Virus record (IMG/VR): IMGVR_UViG_3300038424_000133
DNA: 64,000 bases
Strand: one strand, 5' to 3'
DNA from: an uncultured virus (IMG/VR IMGVR_UViG_3300038424_000133)
Lineage: Duplodnaviria; Heunggongvirae; Uroviricota; Caudoviricetes
A model generated the notes under the pieces. The model was not told the DNA's origin, ran no database searches, and saw only the letters and a program-made list of their open reading frames with translations. Positions 29,242 through 40,075 of the stretch are shown here, in pieces. Numbering within the stretch: the stretch's first letter is position 1; the number at the start of each line of letters is the position of its first letter. Position numbers and translations under genes: made by a program.

Positions 29242-29723
29242 TTTTTAACATCCTCTGTTTTAAATTTTATAAATTGACAATTCATACACAATACTCTATA
29301 ACCATCTGGATAACCTTGTTTTTGTAAGTATCTATAAAAATGTGCACCACTTCGTTTTATATTATTTCTATGTTTATGCCCACCACCTTCAATATGGTCT
29401 AATGTTAATGCCAAAATATTGGTGTATGGTTCTTTATGTTCATTGAATGGATTAGCACAAGCCATTGTACCACTACTATAATATTTAATTACTTCTTTAG
29501 TAACCTTTTCCTTCATTTTTTGATATTGTAATTTAGAAGATTTTAATCGTTCTTCTTTATTGTCTAAATAATTTTTTTGTTCTTTTAGTTTAATTTCTTC
29601 CTTATGAGTTTTTCGCCATCTTCGATTATTTTCTCGGATTTTATATATATTTTTTAATCTATAATCACTTATTTCTTTTTTATGTGTTAATCTATAATTT
29701 TGAAGATATTCTTTTCTATTCAT
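29238..29723 (-). CDS. HNH-like endonuclease
   Basis: LTLDHIEGGG...VLCMNC. Confidence 0.75.
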   Translation of the reverse strand: MNRKEYLQNYRLTHKKEISDYRLKNIYKIRENNRRWRKTHKEEIKLKEQKNYLDNKEERLKSSKLQYQKMKEKVTKEVIKYYSSGTMACANPFNEHKEPYTNILALTLDHIEGGGHKHRNNIKRSGAHFYRYLQKQGYPDGYRVLCMNCQFIKFKTEDVKK

Positions 29724-29772
29724 TAATACACCATATTATTTATAATAGAGAACAAGTATTTAAATCTTTCGG

Positions 29773-30417
29773 TTATATCTTTACCTTCTCTTCTTGTTTT
29801 ACATCCCTATAATACTTAGCTGGGTTCCCAATCCACAACTCATATGGAGAAACATCTTTAGTGACTACTGAACCTGCACCAATAATTGAACCTTGACCTA
29901 TTTTAGTTTCTGGAAGAAGAATTGCTCCAGCACCGATTACGACTTCACTACTTATGAATGGTCCGATATGTCTTGGTTCACTAAGATTAGGGCGATACCA
30001 ATGCGGAAATCTATCATTCGCAGTTGTAACTTTTGGTCCTATGAACACATAGTCACCTATCCACATCAATGCGGTTAAATGAGTTTGAGCATGAATTATA
30101 GTATCATGTCCAATATGCGTATATCCTTCACAAATCACGCCGCTACCTATAGTTGAATTATTTCCTATTTCTGTAAATTCTCTTAAAATAACATTATGAC
30201 CTATTTTAACATTATCACCAATTATACAGCCTGCATAAATTACTGTTCCAGACCTAACGTGAAAGTTCTTTCCTATTTTAACTGGTTTATTTGTATATCC
30301 TGCCCTAAGTTTAGTTAATCTATTATAACCTATATGAACATTACGCTCTATAATATTAAATACTCCATCATCATTCTTAGCAAACTCAACTGGTGCATCA
30401 TCAATCATTTTTACCAA
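29773..30417 (-). CDS. hexapeptide-repeat (left-handed beta-helix) acyltransferase
   Basis: IGDNVKIG..., IGAGSVVTKDV...GNPAK. Confidence 0.85.
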   Translation of the reverse strand: MVKMIDDAPVEFAKNDDGVFNIIERNVHIGYNRLTKLRAGYTNKPVKIGKNFHVRSGTVIYAGCIIGDNVKIGHNVILREFTEIGNNSTIGSGVICEGYTHIGHDTIIHAQTHLTALMWIGDYVFIGPKVTTANDRFPHWYRPNLSEPRHIGPFISSEVVIGAGAILLPETKIGQGSIIGAGSVVTKDVSPYELWIGNPAKYYRDVKQEEKVKI

Positions 30418-31283
30418 CTCTTATACATACCATTATTGTCAATGTAGTATTTAAACCTTGCGCCATATCTACGGCATTCATTTTTGAATTTTTCACATAA
30501 TTCGGTTGCAGGTCCATCAATACGCATATTTTCAAAATCAAATAATGTCATACAATCATCAACATATAATCTTTTTTTATTGTCGCCATCAATTACAATC
30601 TTTTTTGGACCACCACTATAACCAATTATGTTAGTAATAAAATGTGTTACTAACTCATCAATCCTTTGTTCAATCTCTTTATCAGTAAACTTTTGTGGAT
30701 AACAATTCTCCTTTATAATATGTGCTGGAATTCCACCCACTAAACAGCCATCTGGCACATCCTTATTTATTAATGACATACATGCTACAACAACATTATT
30801 GCCAATTTTGACATTAGGCAAGATAGTAGATGAGGCAATATATACATGTGAACCTATAGTTATTGGACCCCATTGAACAGGAAATCCTTCTAACCAACTT
30901 AGATATGCCCCATGAGTAAATAAGGAACTTGAGTGTCCTATGCCTACTTCATTTCCTATTTCAACTTTTCTTGATGTATTTATGGCAACATTTCTGTCGA
31001 GATGTAACCAGTAACCTGCCTTGAATTGTGATAGTTTCTCCTTGCAACTTCCACCGCCAATAAAAACATAGTCATCCAAATACGCTTCTATTCCAAACTC
31101 TATATCTCTACCATGAATTTCGCTATTCCTACCAATATAACTTCTATCTCCTAAAACTAATCTTTCATCAACATCTATAATTACGTTATCCTGTATTATA
31201 CAATTATTTCCAATATTTACTTCTGCACTTGAGTTGAATTTAATTTTTCCTAATTTACAATTTTTTCCAATCTTAATACTCAT
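30411..31283 (-). CDS. hexapeptide-repeat acyltransferase
   Basis: Hexapeptide repeats, FTHG, GGIPA. Confidence 0.8.
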   Translation of the reverse strand: MSIKIGKNCKLGKIKFNSSAEVNIGNNCIIQDNVIIDVDERLVLGDRSYIGRNSEIHGRDIEFGIEAYLDDYVFIGGGSCKEKLSQFKAGYWLHLDRNVAINTSRKVEIGNEVGIGHSSSLFTHGAYLSWLEGFPVQWGPITIGSHVYIASSTILPNVKIGNNVVVACMSLINKDVPDGCLVGGIPAHIIKENCYPQKFTDKEIEQRIDELVTHFITNIIGYSGGPKKIVIDGDNKKRLYVDDCMTLFDFENMRIDGPATELCEKFKNECRRYGARFKYYIDNNGMYKSW

Positions 31284-32146
31284 TATTCGGTTCTCTCCAT
31301 TCTATGCGTAATTGCTTTAAAATCTTGATTAGAAAAATATCTATCAAATGTATTAAGAAACTTCATATTTATAGCAAGAATATTAGGAATAAAATCCCAC
31401 TTCTGTCCAACTGGTGGAATTGCATGTATTTTTTCAATAAGTTCTATATCGCCAACAAATAACTTTGAATGATATTTATCATTATATTCCATACCATTGA
31501 CTTTTCTGTAAACTCCCCAAACATAGTAATAGAAACCAATCCAATTTACATAAGAAACTGGACCTTTACCCTTTCTAACATCAACTAAATTTTCATACCA
31601 ACCTTTCTTATTCTTTGTTAAATCTCTATATTCAGGTATAAATTTATCATTCTCATTTAATACCTTTATTGCAGTTAATTTATATGGATTTTCTGTCAAT
31701 ATTGGATAAAAGTTTAACAATTTCACCCATCCAATATAATTACCATCAATTGTATCATTAATTCGTATTTTATCTGATAATGATTTAATATCACCAAACC
31801 AAATAGTATCCGCATCGAGAATGTAAAACCATGCTCCTTCTGGTATGTATTTTAAGTATTCATTTCGTTTTGTTCCTTCACTAATCCAAGCCTTAGAACA
31901 ATCTATCCATATGAGTTTATCACCGCAAATCTTTTCTGCAACCGCTTTTGTTCCGTCAGTTGATTGAGGATTGTCATGTGGGTAACTCTTGAATGCTCCA
32001 TCAACCATTATGACTTTATCTACATATGGAAGTATGGAATTTAGGCTAATTGCTATTTTATCTGCCTCATTATAAACTATATAGCAAGCATAAATCTCAT
32101 TCTTTATTTCTGGTTTTATCACGCAAATCGCTCCAAAATTTATCAA
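31283..32146 (-). CDS. GT2-like glycosyltransferase
   Basis: IVYNEAD...VDG...STDGT...KRN...ILDAD. Confidence 0.75.
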   Translation of the reverse strand: MINFGAICVIKPEIKNEIYACYIVYNEADKIAISLNSILPYVDKVIMVDGAFKSYPHDNPQSTDGTKAVAEKICGDKLIWIDCSKAWISEGTKRNEYLKYIPEGAWFYILDADTIWFGDIKSLSDKIRINDTIDGNYIGWVKLLNFYPILTENPYKLTAIKVLNENDKFIPEYRDLTKNKKGWYENLVDVRKGKGPVSYVNWIGFYYYVWGVYRKVNGMEYNDKYHSKLFVGDIELIEKIHAIPPVGQKWDFIPNILAINMKFLNTFDRYFSNQDFKAITHRMERTE

Positions 32147-32930
32147 CTATAACTTTAACTCTTTCCATTTCAGCCCGTATATTTGGGTCTTTAATTTCGT
32201 CTTTACGTTTATTGTTTGATTTAACCAATGACTTAATTAAATCAGAGTCGTAGCAACTCAAAATAATATCCATATTCGGCAAAACGCAATGACCACCTAT
32301 AGCATCTGGGTAAGCTGGCGGTTTATTGAATGCTTTACTATGCAAATAACTTATGCCTTTAATTACTTCTTCATAATCTGCTCCCATTGACCGTGAAAAT
32401 CTGTGAAATTCTTGAGACAAAGCAACAATCATTCCATAATAGGTTGTGCAATAAAGTTTTATGATTTCTGCTTCAAGAGGGCTTTTAGTTCCTATTGTAA
32501 ATATACTTATCTTATTAAAGTGTTCCATTGTAAGTTTAGTTGATTCTTCATCTATTCCACCTACGAATTTACCATAATATTTAATTTCGTTTTTAAAATA
32601 TTCTTTTCCTCTATGTGTACCAAAAACGGGAGAAAATGCAATTTTACATTGGCATCGTTTAGAAATTTCGGATATTGTTCTCGGTTTAATGGTTGAATTT
32701 ATTATGAGAAGTTCAGGATTATATAAGCCCACATATTGTATTACTGACTTTACGAATGTATCATTAACATACGGATAACAAATATGCATAATATCAACCT
32801 TGTTTGGAATTTGTTGATTCAAATTAATTGTTAAGTCTAAACCATAAACTTCATATTTATCACTTTCTTTTATTATTTCGTAGAGTGCTATTCCAACTTC
32901 TCCGAGACCTATAACTAATATAGTCTTCAT
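32097..32930 (-). CDS. UDP-glucose/GDP-mannose dehydrogenase-family protein
   Basis: VIGLGEVG, INSTI, AEIIKL, GGHCV. Confidence 0.8.
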   Translation of the reverse strand: MKTILVIGLGEVGIALYEIIKESDKYEVYGLDLTINLNQQIPNKVDIMHICYPYVNDTFVKSVIQYVGLYNPELLIINSTIKPRTISEISKRCQCKIAFSPVFGTHRGKEYFKNEIKYYGKFVGGIDEESTKLTMEHFNKISIFTIGTKSPLEAEIIKLYCTTYYGMIVALSQEFHRFSRSMGADYEEVIKGISYLHSKAFNKPPAYPDAIGGHCVLPNMDIILSCYDSDLIKSLVKSNNKRKDEIKDPNIRAEMERVKVIVDKFWSDLRDKTRNKE

Positions 32931-34267
32931 TTATGTTTCTCCACCATATATTTTACCCACTTCCCATAAATTTTATCCCATGCTTCCTGATTTAATTCTT
33001 TATTCAATAATGGGTCTCTAATTGTTCCATTACTTGGCGGTCTATCAGGTATAGTATAGCAATGGTCATTATATAACTTTTTACATTTTAAATATTTTTC
33101 TAATTCATTATCAGTTGGTCCTTGTATCTTAGTTAAATCATCAATTTTTTGTTTAATTATTGGTTTTTCAACTTCTTGTTTAGTTGTCAATTTCTCGGCT
33201 TCTTGTTTACCTGTTGATTTATCAATATCTTGTTTTTTGGTATTTTCTTCCATATAAATAATTTTGTCGCCAATCATATTGACCCAAATTTTTCCATCTA
33301 CAGAAATATGTTTGATATAAACATGACTATCACAATACATTTTATAACACATTTTGGACAATTGGACTTCACAATCTAAACCAGATTCCACTAATGCAAA
33401 ACGAACTCTTAATCCTTTATTTATTATATAATCTGGAACCATCCAAGCATGACCAGCTAAACAACATTCGAATATTCCATCTCCAATGTTATATCTATTA
33501 ATTAAATCTTCATCTATCATTGTATAGAATCCATATGGATAAGTATAATAATCTGGATATTTCTTCTCATAATATGCAAGTCTATATTTTTTCCTTCTAT
33601 TCATCCATTCTTCTTTATAGCCTACAGGTGTAGGTTCACTATCTAATATTTTCATAACTGGACTTGCCAAACCTTTTATATTTGGACCCTCGTTTGGTTT
33701 TTTATATTGAGATGGAAATCTCTTATGCAAAACTCCACCTATCCAACCGCAATCTGGAAGTATTTCAAAATCTTCTAAAAATTTATTAATTATATTTGGT
33801 GGAACCATTATATCAGCTACCAAAGTAAGACAGTAATTACATTTATATTCTATGCTTTCATCCATTATGAGGTTGAATAAAGATGCCAAATGTTCTGCCC
33901 GTATTCTTCTAACCGTATAACTATTATTTTCTGAGATTTTACCACAAGCAACATCTTCTGGTTTACATTTAATTAGGTTTTTATAATTGCCTTTTTTACG
34001 AATTAACCTTATTGAATGATAACGATAATTTTTAAACTCATCATAATATTTATTCAGCATTTCCCAAGTGTTATCTGAACTATTATTTTCAATCCATAAA
34101 ACATCAAGTAAACTTTTTGGATAATCAATATTTTTTAAGGATTCCATATACTTATCAATTGAGTGGTTTTCATTGCAGAAAGGAGTACCTATAAATATTT
34201 TAATATTAGAATTAATTGGTCTTCCAGTACCGATAATTAATTCGCTCATATTCAAACCCTCAACCAT
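32927..34267 (-). CDS. GT-A fold glycosyltransferase
   Basis: GTPFCNE, IDYPK, ENNSSDNT, VADI, HIS. Confidence 0.65.
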   Translation of the reverse strand: MVEGLNMSELIIGTGRPINSNIKIFIGTPFCNENHSIDKYMESLKNIDYPKSLLDVLWIENNSSDNTWEMLNKYYDEFKNYRYHSIRLIRKKGNYKNLIKCKPEDVACGKISENNSYTVRRIRAEHLASLFNLIMDESIEYKCNYCLTLVADIMVPPNIINKFLEDFEILPDCGWIGGVLHKRFPSQYKKPNEGPNIKGLASPVMKILDSEPTPVGYKEEWMNRRKKYRLAYYEKKYPDYYTYPYGFYTMIDEDLINRYNIGDGIFECCLAGHAWMVPDYIINKGLRVRFALVESGLDCEVQLSKMCYKMYCDSHVYIKHISVDGKIWVNMIGDKIIYMEENTKKQDIDKSTGKQEAEKLTTKQEVEKPIIKQKIDDLTKIQGPTDNELEKYLKCKKLYNDHCYTIPDRPPSNGTIRDPLLNKELNQEAWDKIYGKWVKYMVEKHK

Positions 34268-34884
34268 AATGTCTCAAACCCCTCTGCATATTCTGTTTTA
34301 GCTTGAATACCACGATAACGCATATTAGCAATAAAATTATTTTTCTTAAAATAAAATCTATAATTTAGTTGAGATTTCCATTCTTCTAATGCTTTGATTT
34401 TCTTTGAAACGTCTGATTTATTTAAAATCATGAACATATTAGGTTTAAATGAGGGAGTAACACTTCTGATAACTTCATATCCAAATATACATGATGTGTC
34501 TTTAAATATTAATTTACAACATTGAGTTACTACATTATGGTCTTGATGGAAATCATGCGGAGTTGGGCAAAAAACTATTTCTGGACAATAACTTTCACGA
34601 ATTCTATAAAGTATATCTCTACATTCTTGCTTATGGGTTTCTAAATATTCATTTCTTGGCATTTCTCCAGCATAAAGTATTTCATTTACACCAAGAATAT
34701 TCAATGACTTAATATGTTCCTCAAGATTACCTTTATTTCTTGGGTCTTCAAAACAGGGGCAGAAATATATATCAGAAGTATTAATTTTTGGATTCTCCCG
34801 TATCAATTTTGCAATTGTACCGCCACAACCGATTATTCCATCGTCAGGATGCGGCTCAACTACTAACACATTATTTATTTTCAT
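34252..34884 (-). CDS. PIG-L/LmbE family deacetylase
   Basis: PHPDD, DFHQDH, AEGFE. Confidence 0.85.
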   Translation of the reverse strand: MKINNVLVVEPHPDDGIIGCGGTIAKLIRENPKINTSDIYFCPCFEDPRNKGNLEEHIKSLNILGVNEILYAGEMPRNEYLETHKQECRDILYRIRESYCPEIVFCPTPHDFHQDHNVVTQCCKLIFKDTSCIFGYEVIRSVTPSFKPNMFMILNKSDVSKKIKALEEWKSQLNYRFYFKKNNFIANMRYRGIQAKTEYAEGFETLWLRV

Positions 34885-36205
34885 GTAATACTTCCTGAAT
34901 TATTTCCTTATATAATTCATCATTATTTATAATTTCTGCAAAATGATTGTACCATATATCCCATTGTTGCTGATTACATCTTGTATGATGAATATCATCA
35001 AAAATTTCTTGATTTATGGATGGTCTTCTTGGAATCATAGAAAATGGTAAAGTTTTTCTAAGTATAACTTTCAATAATTCACGCTCAATATTAACATCTG
35101 ATTCTTTAGGTTGAAGTTCTTCTCTTATTATTTTTAACATTTCTCCACATAATCTTTCTGGATTAAGATGAATAGCCATTCTATAATGTGCATCATCAAC
35201 AATCTTCTTATAAAATTGGCTATCATTAAGCAATTGTTTAATTAATTCAATTTGTTTAGAATAATCTTCATGTTCTGTATATAATTCTGGGAAAAACAAT
35301 TTAACTGCAAAATTTGAACCTATACATGGCACATACGACATCGCACATTCCATAGCAAACCTTGACCAACCTATATATTTACTACAATCATCAATAGCAA
35401 CCATACAATTATCTATAAGTAATTCCATATATCGGTCTCTATTAACAAAAAGTTCTGTTGTAACTGGAACATTAAATTTAGGGATATGTGGGTCAGTCCA
35501 ACAAGTTGAAAAATATGTAACTGATAAATTAAGTGGTTCAGCAACATATTTAATTGATGAATATATATCAGATACACTACTTGAATGTCTTAAAAGAGCC
35601 AATGTCTTATGATGCATGTTTAATAGTCCATTATTGGAATATTTTATATCTGCTTTATGGATTTCTTTGATGTATCTCCATAAGTGGGGAAGTGGCATAT
35701 ATTTGTTTGGTTTAGAAGTATATTTTTTCCAATATGGATTCTCTAAAACTGTAAACCATATATCGGGTATTTCAAGTATTTTGTTATTTTTAAAGAATTG
35801 GTCTGCTCCACCATAATTATCTACTGGCTTATTACCCCACCACATCCATTTTGGATGTTCAAGCCATATCCATTCATCATCAGTTTGTGCAATCATCTTG
35901 GCTTCGGGCTTCATAAATTGTTTAGCTACTCTTGGTAAATTCCACCAATTCCAATATTCTTGTTTACCATTACGTTCATATGGATAATTTGGTGCATTAC
36001 ATCTACTAATATAAACAAAAACTAAATCTGCATTTCTTAATGGGTTCCAATATGAACTATCATCATTATGAGAATGTAATGTTGAGGGATTTATCACTAC
36101 AGTTTCTACAAGGGTTTGAAGTTTAATTTGCATATCAACACTCCATGCTTCTCTCCATTGGTAATAATTTTCCTGATTAAACTCTGTTATAAGACAAATC
36201 CGCAA
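34871..36205 (-). CDS. probable GT-B glycosyltransferase
   Basis: C-terminal half with SRFAMECAMSYVPCIGS; located in the glycan cluster. Confidence 0.55.
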   Translation of the reverse strand: MRICLITEFNQENYYQWREAWSVDMQIKLQTLVETVVINPSTLHSHNDDSSYWNPLRNADLVFVYISRCNAPNYPYERNGKQEYWNWWNLPRVAKQFMKPEAKMIAQTDDEWIWLEHPKWMWWGNKPVDNYGGADQFFKNNKILEIPDIWFTVLENPYWKKYTSKPNKYMPLPHLWRYIKEIHKADIKYSNNGLLNMHHKTLALLRHSSSVSDIYSSIKYVAEPLNLSVTYFSTCWTDPHIPKFNVPVTTELFVNRDRYMELLIDNCMVAIDDCSKYIGWSRFAMECAMSYVPCIGSNFAVKLFFPELYTEHEDYSKQIELIKQLLNDSQFYKKIVDDAHYRMAIHLNPERLCGEMLKIIREELQPKESDVNIERELLKVILRKTLPFSMIPRRPSINQEIFDDIHHTRCNQQQWDIWYNHFAEIINNDELYKEIIQEVLHENK

Positions 36206-36356
36206 CTTTTAACTCTCCATAATGGTTATAGTTAATGTAAACTTAAATATAAATGTTTCGGTTACATCTTTTATCAATAATTGTAAAGAAATGATAATTA
36301 CAAACAAAAGATTTAAATACTTGCTTAACTAACATTTATTAAAAGGTGTATATGAA

Positions 36357-36599
36357 ATGACCTATGTATATAGTATTAAAGATTTCATCGTGGGAGACGA
36401 TGGAATGGCAAAGGCAAAACTTGAAAGTCTATTTACTCTTACCGTTAAAGACTTCATAGTATGCGAAGAACAAGACTTATGGGATGCTATAAATGGTGCT
36501 TTAGGATATTCGGCTGGCGATTATACTTACTACATACCATGTGAAGCAAAGTATGTAACTATGAGAACTGCTTTGATAGCTTATATGAATAGCCATTAA
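36357..36599 (+). CDS. hypothetical protein
   Basis: Own plus-strand TATA box (about 36312) and AGGTG RBS. Confidence 0.6.
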   Translation: MTYVYSIKDFIVGDDGMAKAKLESLFTLTVKDFIVCEEQDLWDAINGALGYSAGDYTYYIPCEAKYVTMRTALIAYMNSH

Positions 36600-36648
36600 A
36601 ACCAACGACTTATATTTCTTCTTTTTCCCCATTAATATAGCTTGCTTA

Positions 36649-38598
36649 TCACCTATTACTTTTTGATGACAATTGATATGTTGGCGGAGCAAATGTTATT
36701 CTAATTAATTTGCCCTGATTAAGCAATGCATTAACTGTTTTCTTGAAATCATCTTCTGATATTCCATTAATCTTACCTATGTCCTTCCAATCGTCTTCTG
36801 TTAAAGTTCCTGCCTTATCAAGTGCATCCAGCAAGAGACCTTCTTTTCCCATTTTAGTTGTTACAGGATTAGCTATAAGGTTTATATTTGCACCTGACGA
36901 TTGAAACTTACATGTCTGCCTTAAAGACGCACTTAATAGTCTTACGGCGGCATTAGCGTCATCCACATCAACTTCATTTTTAAACAATGCTTTAGCGTGT
37001 GCCTGTGCGATTCTTATAAGCCCTTCAAAATATCTGGCACTTATAGGTACAGGGTCATCGGGTAACTGTATATTTCTTGATTCAACATAAAAATTCATTA
37101 ATATAGATTCAGATTCGGGCTTCATTATGGGTTTAAATGACTTAGCATAAATTATGTATTTTTTGAGCAAGTCACGGTCTATAAGTAACGATTGGTCAAC
37201 ATTAAGTATATGTTTAATAATTTTTTCATCACGTTCCTTGTTCGGTACATCAAGCACAATAAATATTAAATCAAATCGAGTTAATAATACACTTGGTAAA
37301 TTCTTTATGTTATCACCTACTGTTTTGTTTGGGTCATACCTACCCATAATTGGATTTGCGGCTGAAATAACTGTTGTCCTTGCCTTTAAAGTTGTATGTA
37401 TATTTGCCTTATTAACTGGCACAACCTGTTGTTCCATAGCTGAATTCATATTGTCACGGTCTTCTGGTTTCATCTTGTCAAGTTCATCTATCGCCGCTAT
37501 GCCGTTATCTGCAAGAACCATAACTCCTGCCGCCATAATATAATCACCTTTAGTTTCTTCATCCCTTAATACTGCCGCCGTCAAGCCAGCAGACGATACG
37601 CCTTTAGCTGAACAGTATATTCCTAATGGAGCAAGATTATGCACAGCCCAAAGCAATTGAGACTTGCCAACTGCTGGGTCTCCAGTATAGAGTACATGGA
37701 TACAATCCCTTTGATTTATTTCTTTATCTTCATCTTTCACGCCGCCTATGAGAGCCAACAATGCCGCCTCTTTCTCCAATTTCAAATCATAAAGGCTTGG
37801 TGCAACATTAAACACTAATTTCTCATAAATGTTTGGTTCTATAACCAATTTCTTAACTGCATCTATATCTGCATCGGTTAATTCACTTACAGATAAATCT
37901 TTCCGTTTAACTATAATATTGTTAGCTTCAATGTAATATGTGCAGATTCTACTTTGGGATTCACTTTTAACTTTAATTATACCTATCACATTAACATAAT
38001 CTCCACATCTTACTTTATGAAGCAAACTTACTTTAAATATAATAACATCTTTCCATCTCGGAATTTGCCCAGAAACATCTTCTGGTGCTTCTTGAATCTT
38101 CAACTTTCTCCTATCAATATATTTACTGCCATCATAATCCACAAGAAACTGTGTGCATCCACATTTATGTTTACCATGAGTTATAGTTTCACATTTAATT
38201 GGAGCAGTTACTTTAAATGGGTCACTCTGTATTTCTACAGTTATATCGCCACAACTTCTACAAATATAACGAATTTCATTATAATATGGCTTAACTTCGC
38301 TATCAGCATTAATATATCCACGAACTTTAATTAACTTGCCAACATCATTGCGATTTATATCATCAAGTTTTTTGATTTGACTATCAAAATTTATAAAATT
38401 AATGTCAAAGTCCACATTTGGTAAATGCTGTTTAATTATATCTTTAATTACATCTTCTGAATCCTTCGCATTATCAGCCACATACGCTTCTGCTATCGGG
38501 TCAAATTCTATTTCGGCTTTGCCTGTTTTCTCTATTTCCCTCATTCTTTCTGGAGTAAGCCAACTATTTATGTAGTTGCTTAAATCAATTGAATTCAA
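36649..38598 (-). CDS. mcm: MCM replicative helicase
   Basis: Zn finger, QEAPE, GDPAVGKS, SAGLTAAV, IDELDKM, AANP, LTRFDL. Confidence 0.95.
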   Translation of the reverse strand: MNSIDLSNYINSWLTPERMREIEKTGKAEIEFDPIAEAYVADNAKDSEDVIKDIIKQHLPNVDFDINFINFDSQIKKLDDINRNDVGKLIKVRGYINADSEVKPYYNEIRYICRSCGDITVEIQSDPFKVTAPIKCETITHGKHKCGCTQFLVDYDGSKYIDRRKLKIQEAPEDVSGQIPRWKDVIIFKVSLLHKVRCGDYVNVIGIIKVKSESQSRICTYYIEANNIIVKRKDLSVSELTDADIDAVKKLVIEPNIYEKLVFNVAPSLYDLKLEKEAALLALIGGVKDEDKEINQRDCIHVLYTGDPAVGKSQLLWAVHNLAPLGIYCSAKGVSSAGLTAAVLRDEETKGDYIMAAGVMVLADNGIAAIDELDKMKPEDRDNMNSAMEQQVVPVNKANIHTTLKARTTVISAANPIMGRYDPNKTVGDNIKNLPSVLLTRFDLIFIVLDVPNKERDEKIIKHILNVDQSLLIDRDLLKKYIIYAKSFKPIMKPESESILMNFYVESRNIQLPDDPVPISARYFEGLIRIAQAHAKALFKNEVDVDDANAAVRLLSASLRQTCKFQSSGANINLIANPVTTKMGKEGLLLDALDKAGTLTEDDWKDIGKINGISEDDFKKTVNALLNQGKLIRITFAPPTYQLSSKSNR

Positions 38599-39285
38599 CT
38601 AATCACCTGAAAGTTCTATTTCACCTTTTTCATCAATACACATAATGTGCTTAACATTTTGATTATTAACTGTCATTTGATAACCAAGCAAATATTTAAC
38701 TTCGGCTTGAGTGCCATCAACAAAAATTATAACTCTCGGATGTTGTTTCTTGCACTTAGGACATTCATAATAAAAATTGTCATTAGTATCTTTCATTTTG
38801 TTAATTAAACCGCCGCATTCACATACAATTCTGTTGAAAGCACCGCATTTAGGACACATAGGAAGTTTATTAGGTTGACCATCCTGCATTTGAATTGTAG
38901 AATTTTGATGCATATATAAGCCTACTTCTGACATTCCTTCTTTAAGTTGGGGCATATACATCCATTTATACCCACATTTAATGCATATTTTATAAGAAAA
39001 CTGTCTCATGAAATTTTGCCTAACATAAATAAGCCGTTGATTCGGTTGAAGTTTCATAAGAAAATATGGCAAAGTTAATTTAGATTTTATTGCTTCCCAT
39101 CCCTGCAATTGATTAATTTTCACCGCTAACTCACGACTTACAGGACATAAACCAAACTTAACTATTTTGGTTTGGTCAAGGTCTTTAAATAAAGTTTCTT
39201 CCCCTGTATTAATGTTAAATTGAGATAAAGCCTTCCCATCACTACATTGGGCAAACCACATATAAATTAAAGATGCATTTCTCAT
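38599..39285 (-). CDS. hypothetical protein with inserted Zn-finger segments
   Basis: SDGKALSQF...CIKC...CPKC...CECG...CPKC...YLLGYQ. Confidence 0.6.
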   Translation of the reverse strand: MRNASLIYMWFAQCSDGKALSQFNINTGEETLFKDLDQTKIVKFGLCPVSRELAVKINQLQGWEAIKSKLTLPYFLMKLQPNQRLIYVRQNFMRQFSYKICIKCGYKWMYMPQLKEGMSEVGLYMHQNSTIQMQDGQPNKLPMCPKCGAFNRIVCECGGLINKMKDTNDNFYYECPKCKKQHPRVIIFVDGTQAEVKYLLGYQMTVNNQNVKHIMCIDEKGEIELSGD

Positions 39286-39401
39286 TTTAATCCCTAATAA
39301 GACTATGCATACATACTATTTAAATATTTTGGTTAAACAAAAATTTTGTGATGCCTGTTGTATCAGGACTTCTATAGTCTATTGTATTAGATTACAGGTT
39401 C

Positions 39402-40013
39402 TTACGACTCATCATATTCCCAAGTAAGCAAATACTCAGCTTGTGTTCCTTGTATTGCACCATTAGCTAATGTATCAACTTTCACCTGCAAAACTATACC
39501 ATATGTATAGCCTGCTACCGTATGGACTGTATCATCAATTAACGCTGGTGCTCCAGATGTATCGGCATCCGCATCTGATACTGGCACACTTTGAGCATCA
39601 TAATATGTATGTGTTGTTGCTATCGGGTTTCCAGTTGTTCCATCTACACCTGTTGCTTTCATATAATCTGCATATGGGCAACCTTGTGGGTCTGCATCCA
39701 TATGTCCACGAAGCAATGCTCCACCTGAACCAAAAGTCCATCCACACGGCGAACCTGTACCATAATGTCTAATATTAGAAACTGTAGTAAAGGATGCGCC
39801 AGTTATTTTAAGGCATATATGCTTCCAAAAACTGTAGCTATAGCTTGCGGCTGGAATAGGAACAGGATAAGTTAATTGTGGCGTAATCTGGTCTGTTGCT
39901 TGGTCTGTACTGAAAAGCCTAACACGGTTAGTAATTGATGTTTCTGTTGGAGTTGGTGCTGAACCCGTCAGTTCGGTTACGGTTACGCTTGCAACGATAT
40001 TCTCAATCCTCAC
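39402..40013 (-). CDS. probable virion structural protein
   Basis: T/S/G/A-rich beta-type composition; located at the end of the tail module. Confidence 0.5.
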   Translation of the reverse strand: MRIENIVASVTVTELTGSAPTPTETSITNRVRLFSTDQATDQITPQLTYPVPIPAASYSYSFWKHICLKITGASFTTVSNIRHYGTGSPCGWTFGSGGALLRGHMDADPQGCPYADYMKATGVDGTTGNPIATTHTYYDAQSVPVSDADADTSGAPALIDDTVHTVAGYTYGIVLQVKVDTLANGAIQGTQAEYLLTWEYDES

Positions 40014-40075
40014 TTTAAATAATAATTTACTAATATATAAATCTTTTGATTGTAAATAACTAAAAAAGAAGTTAA

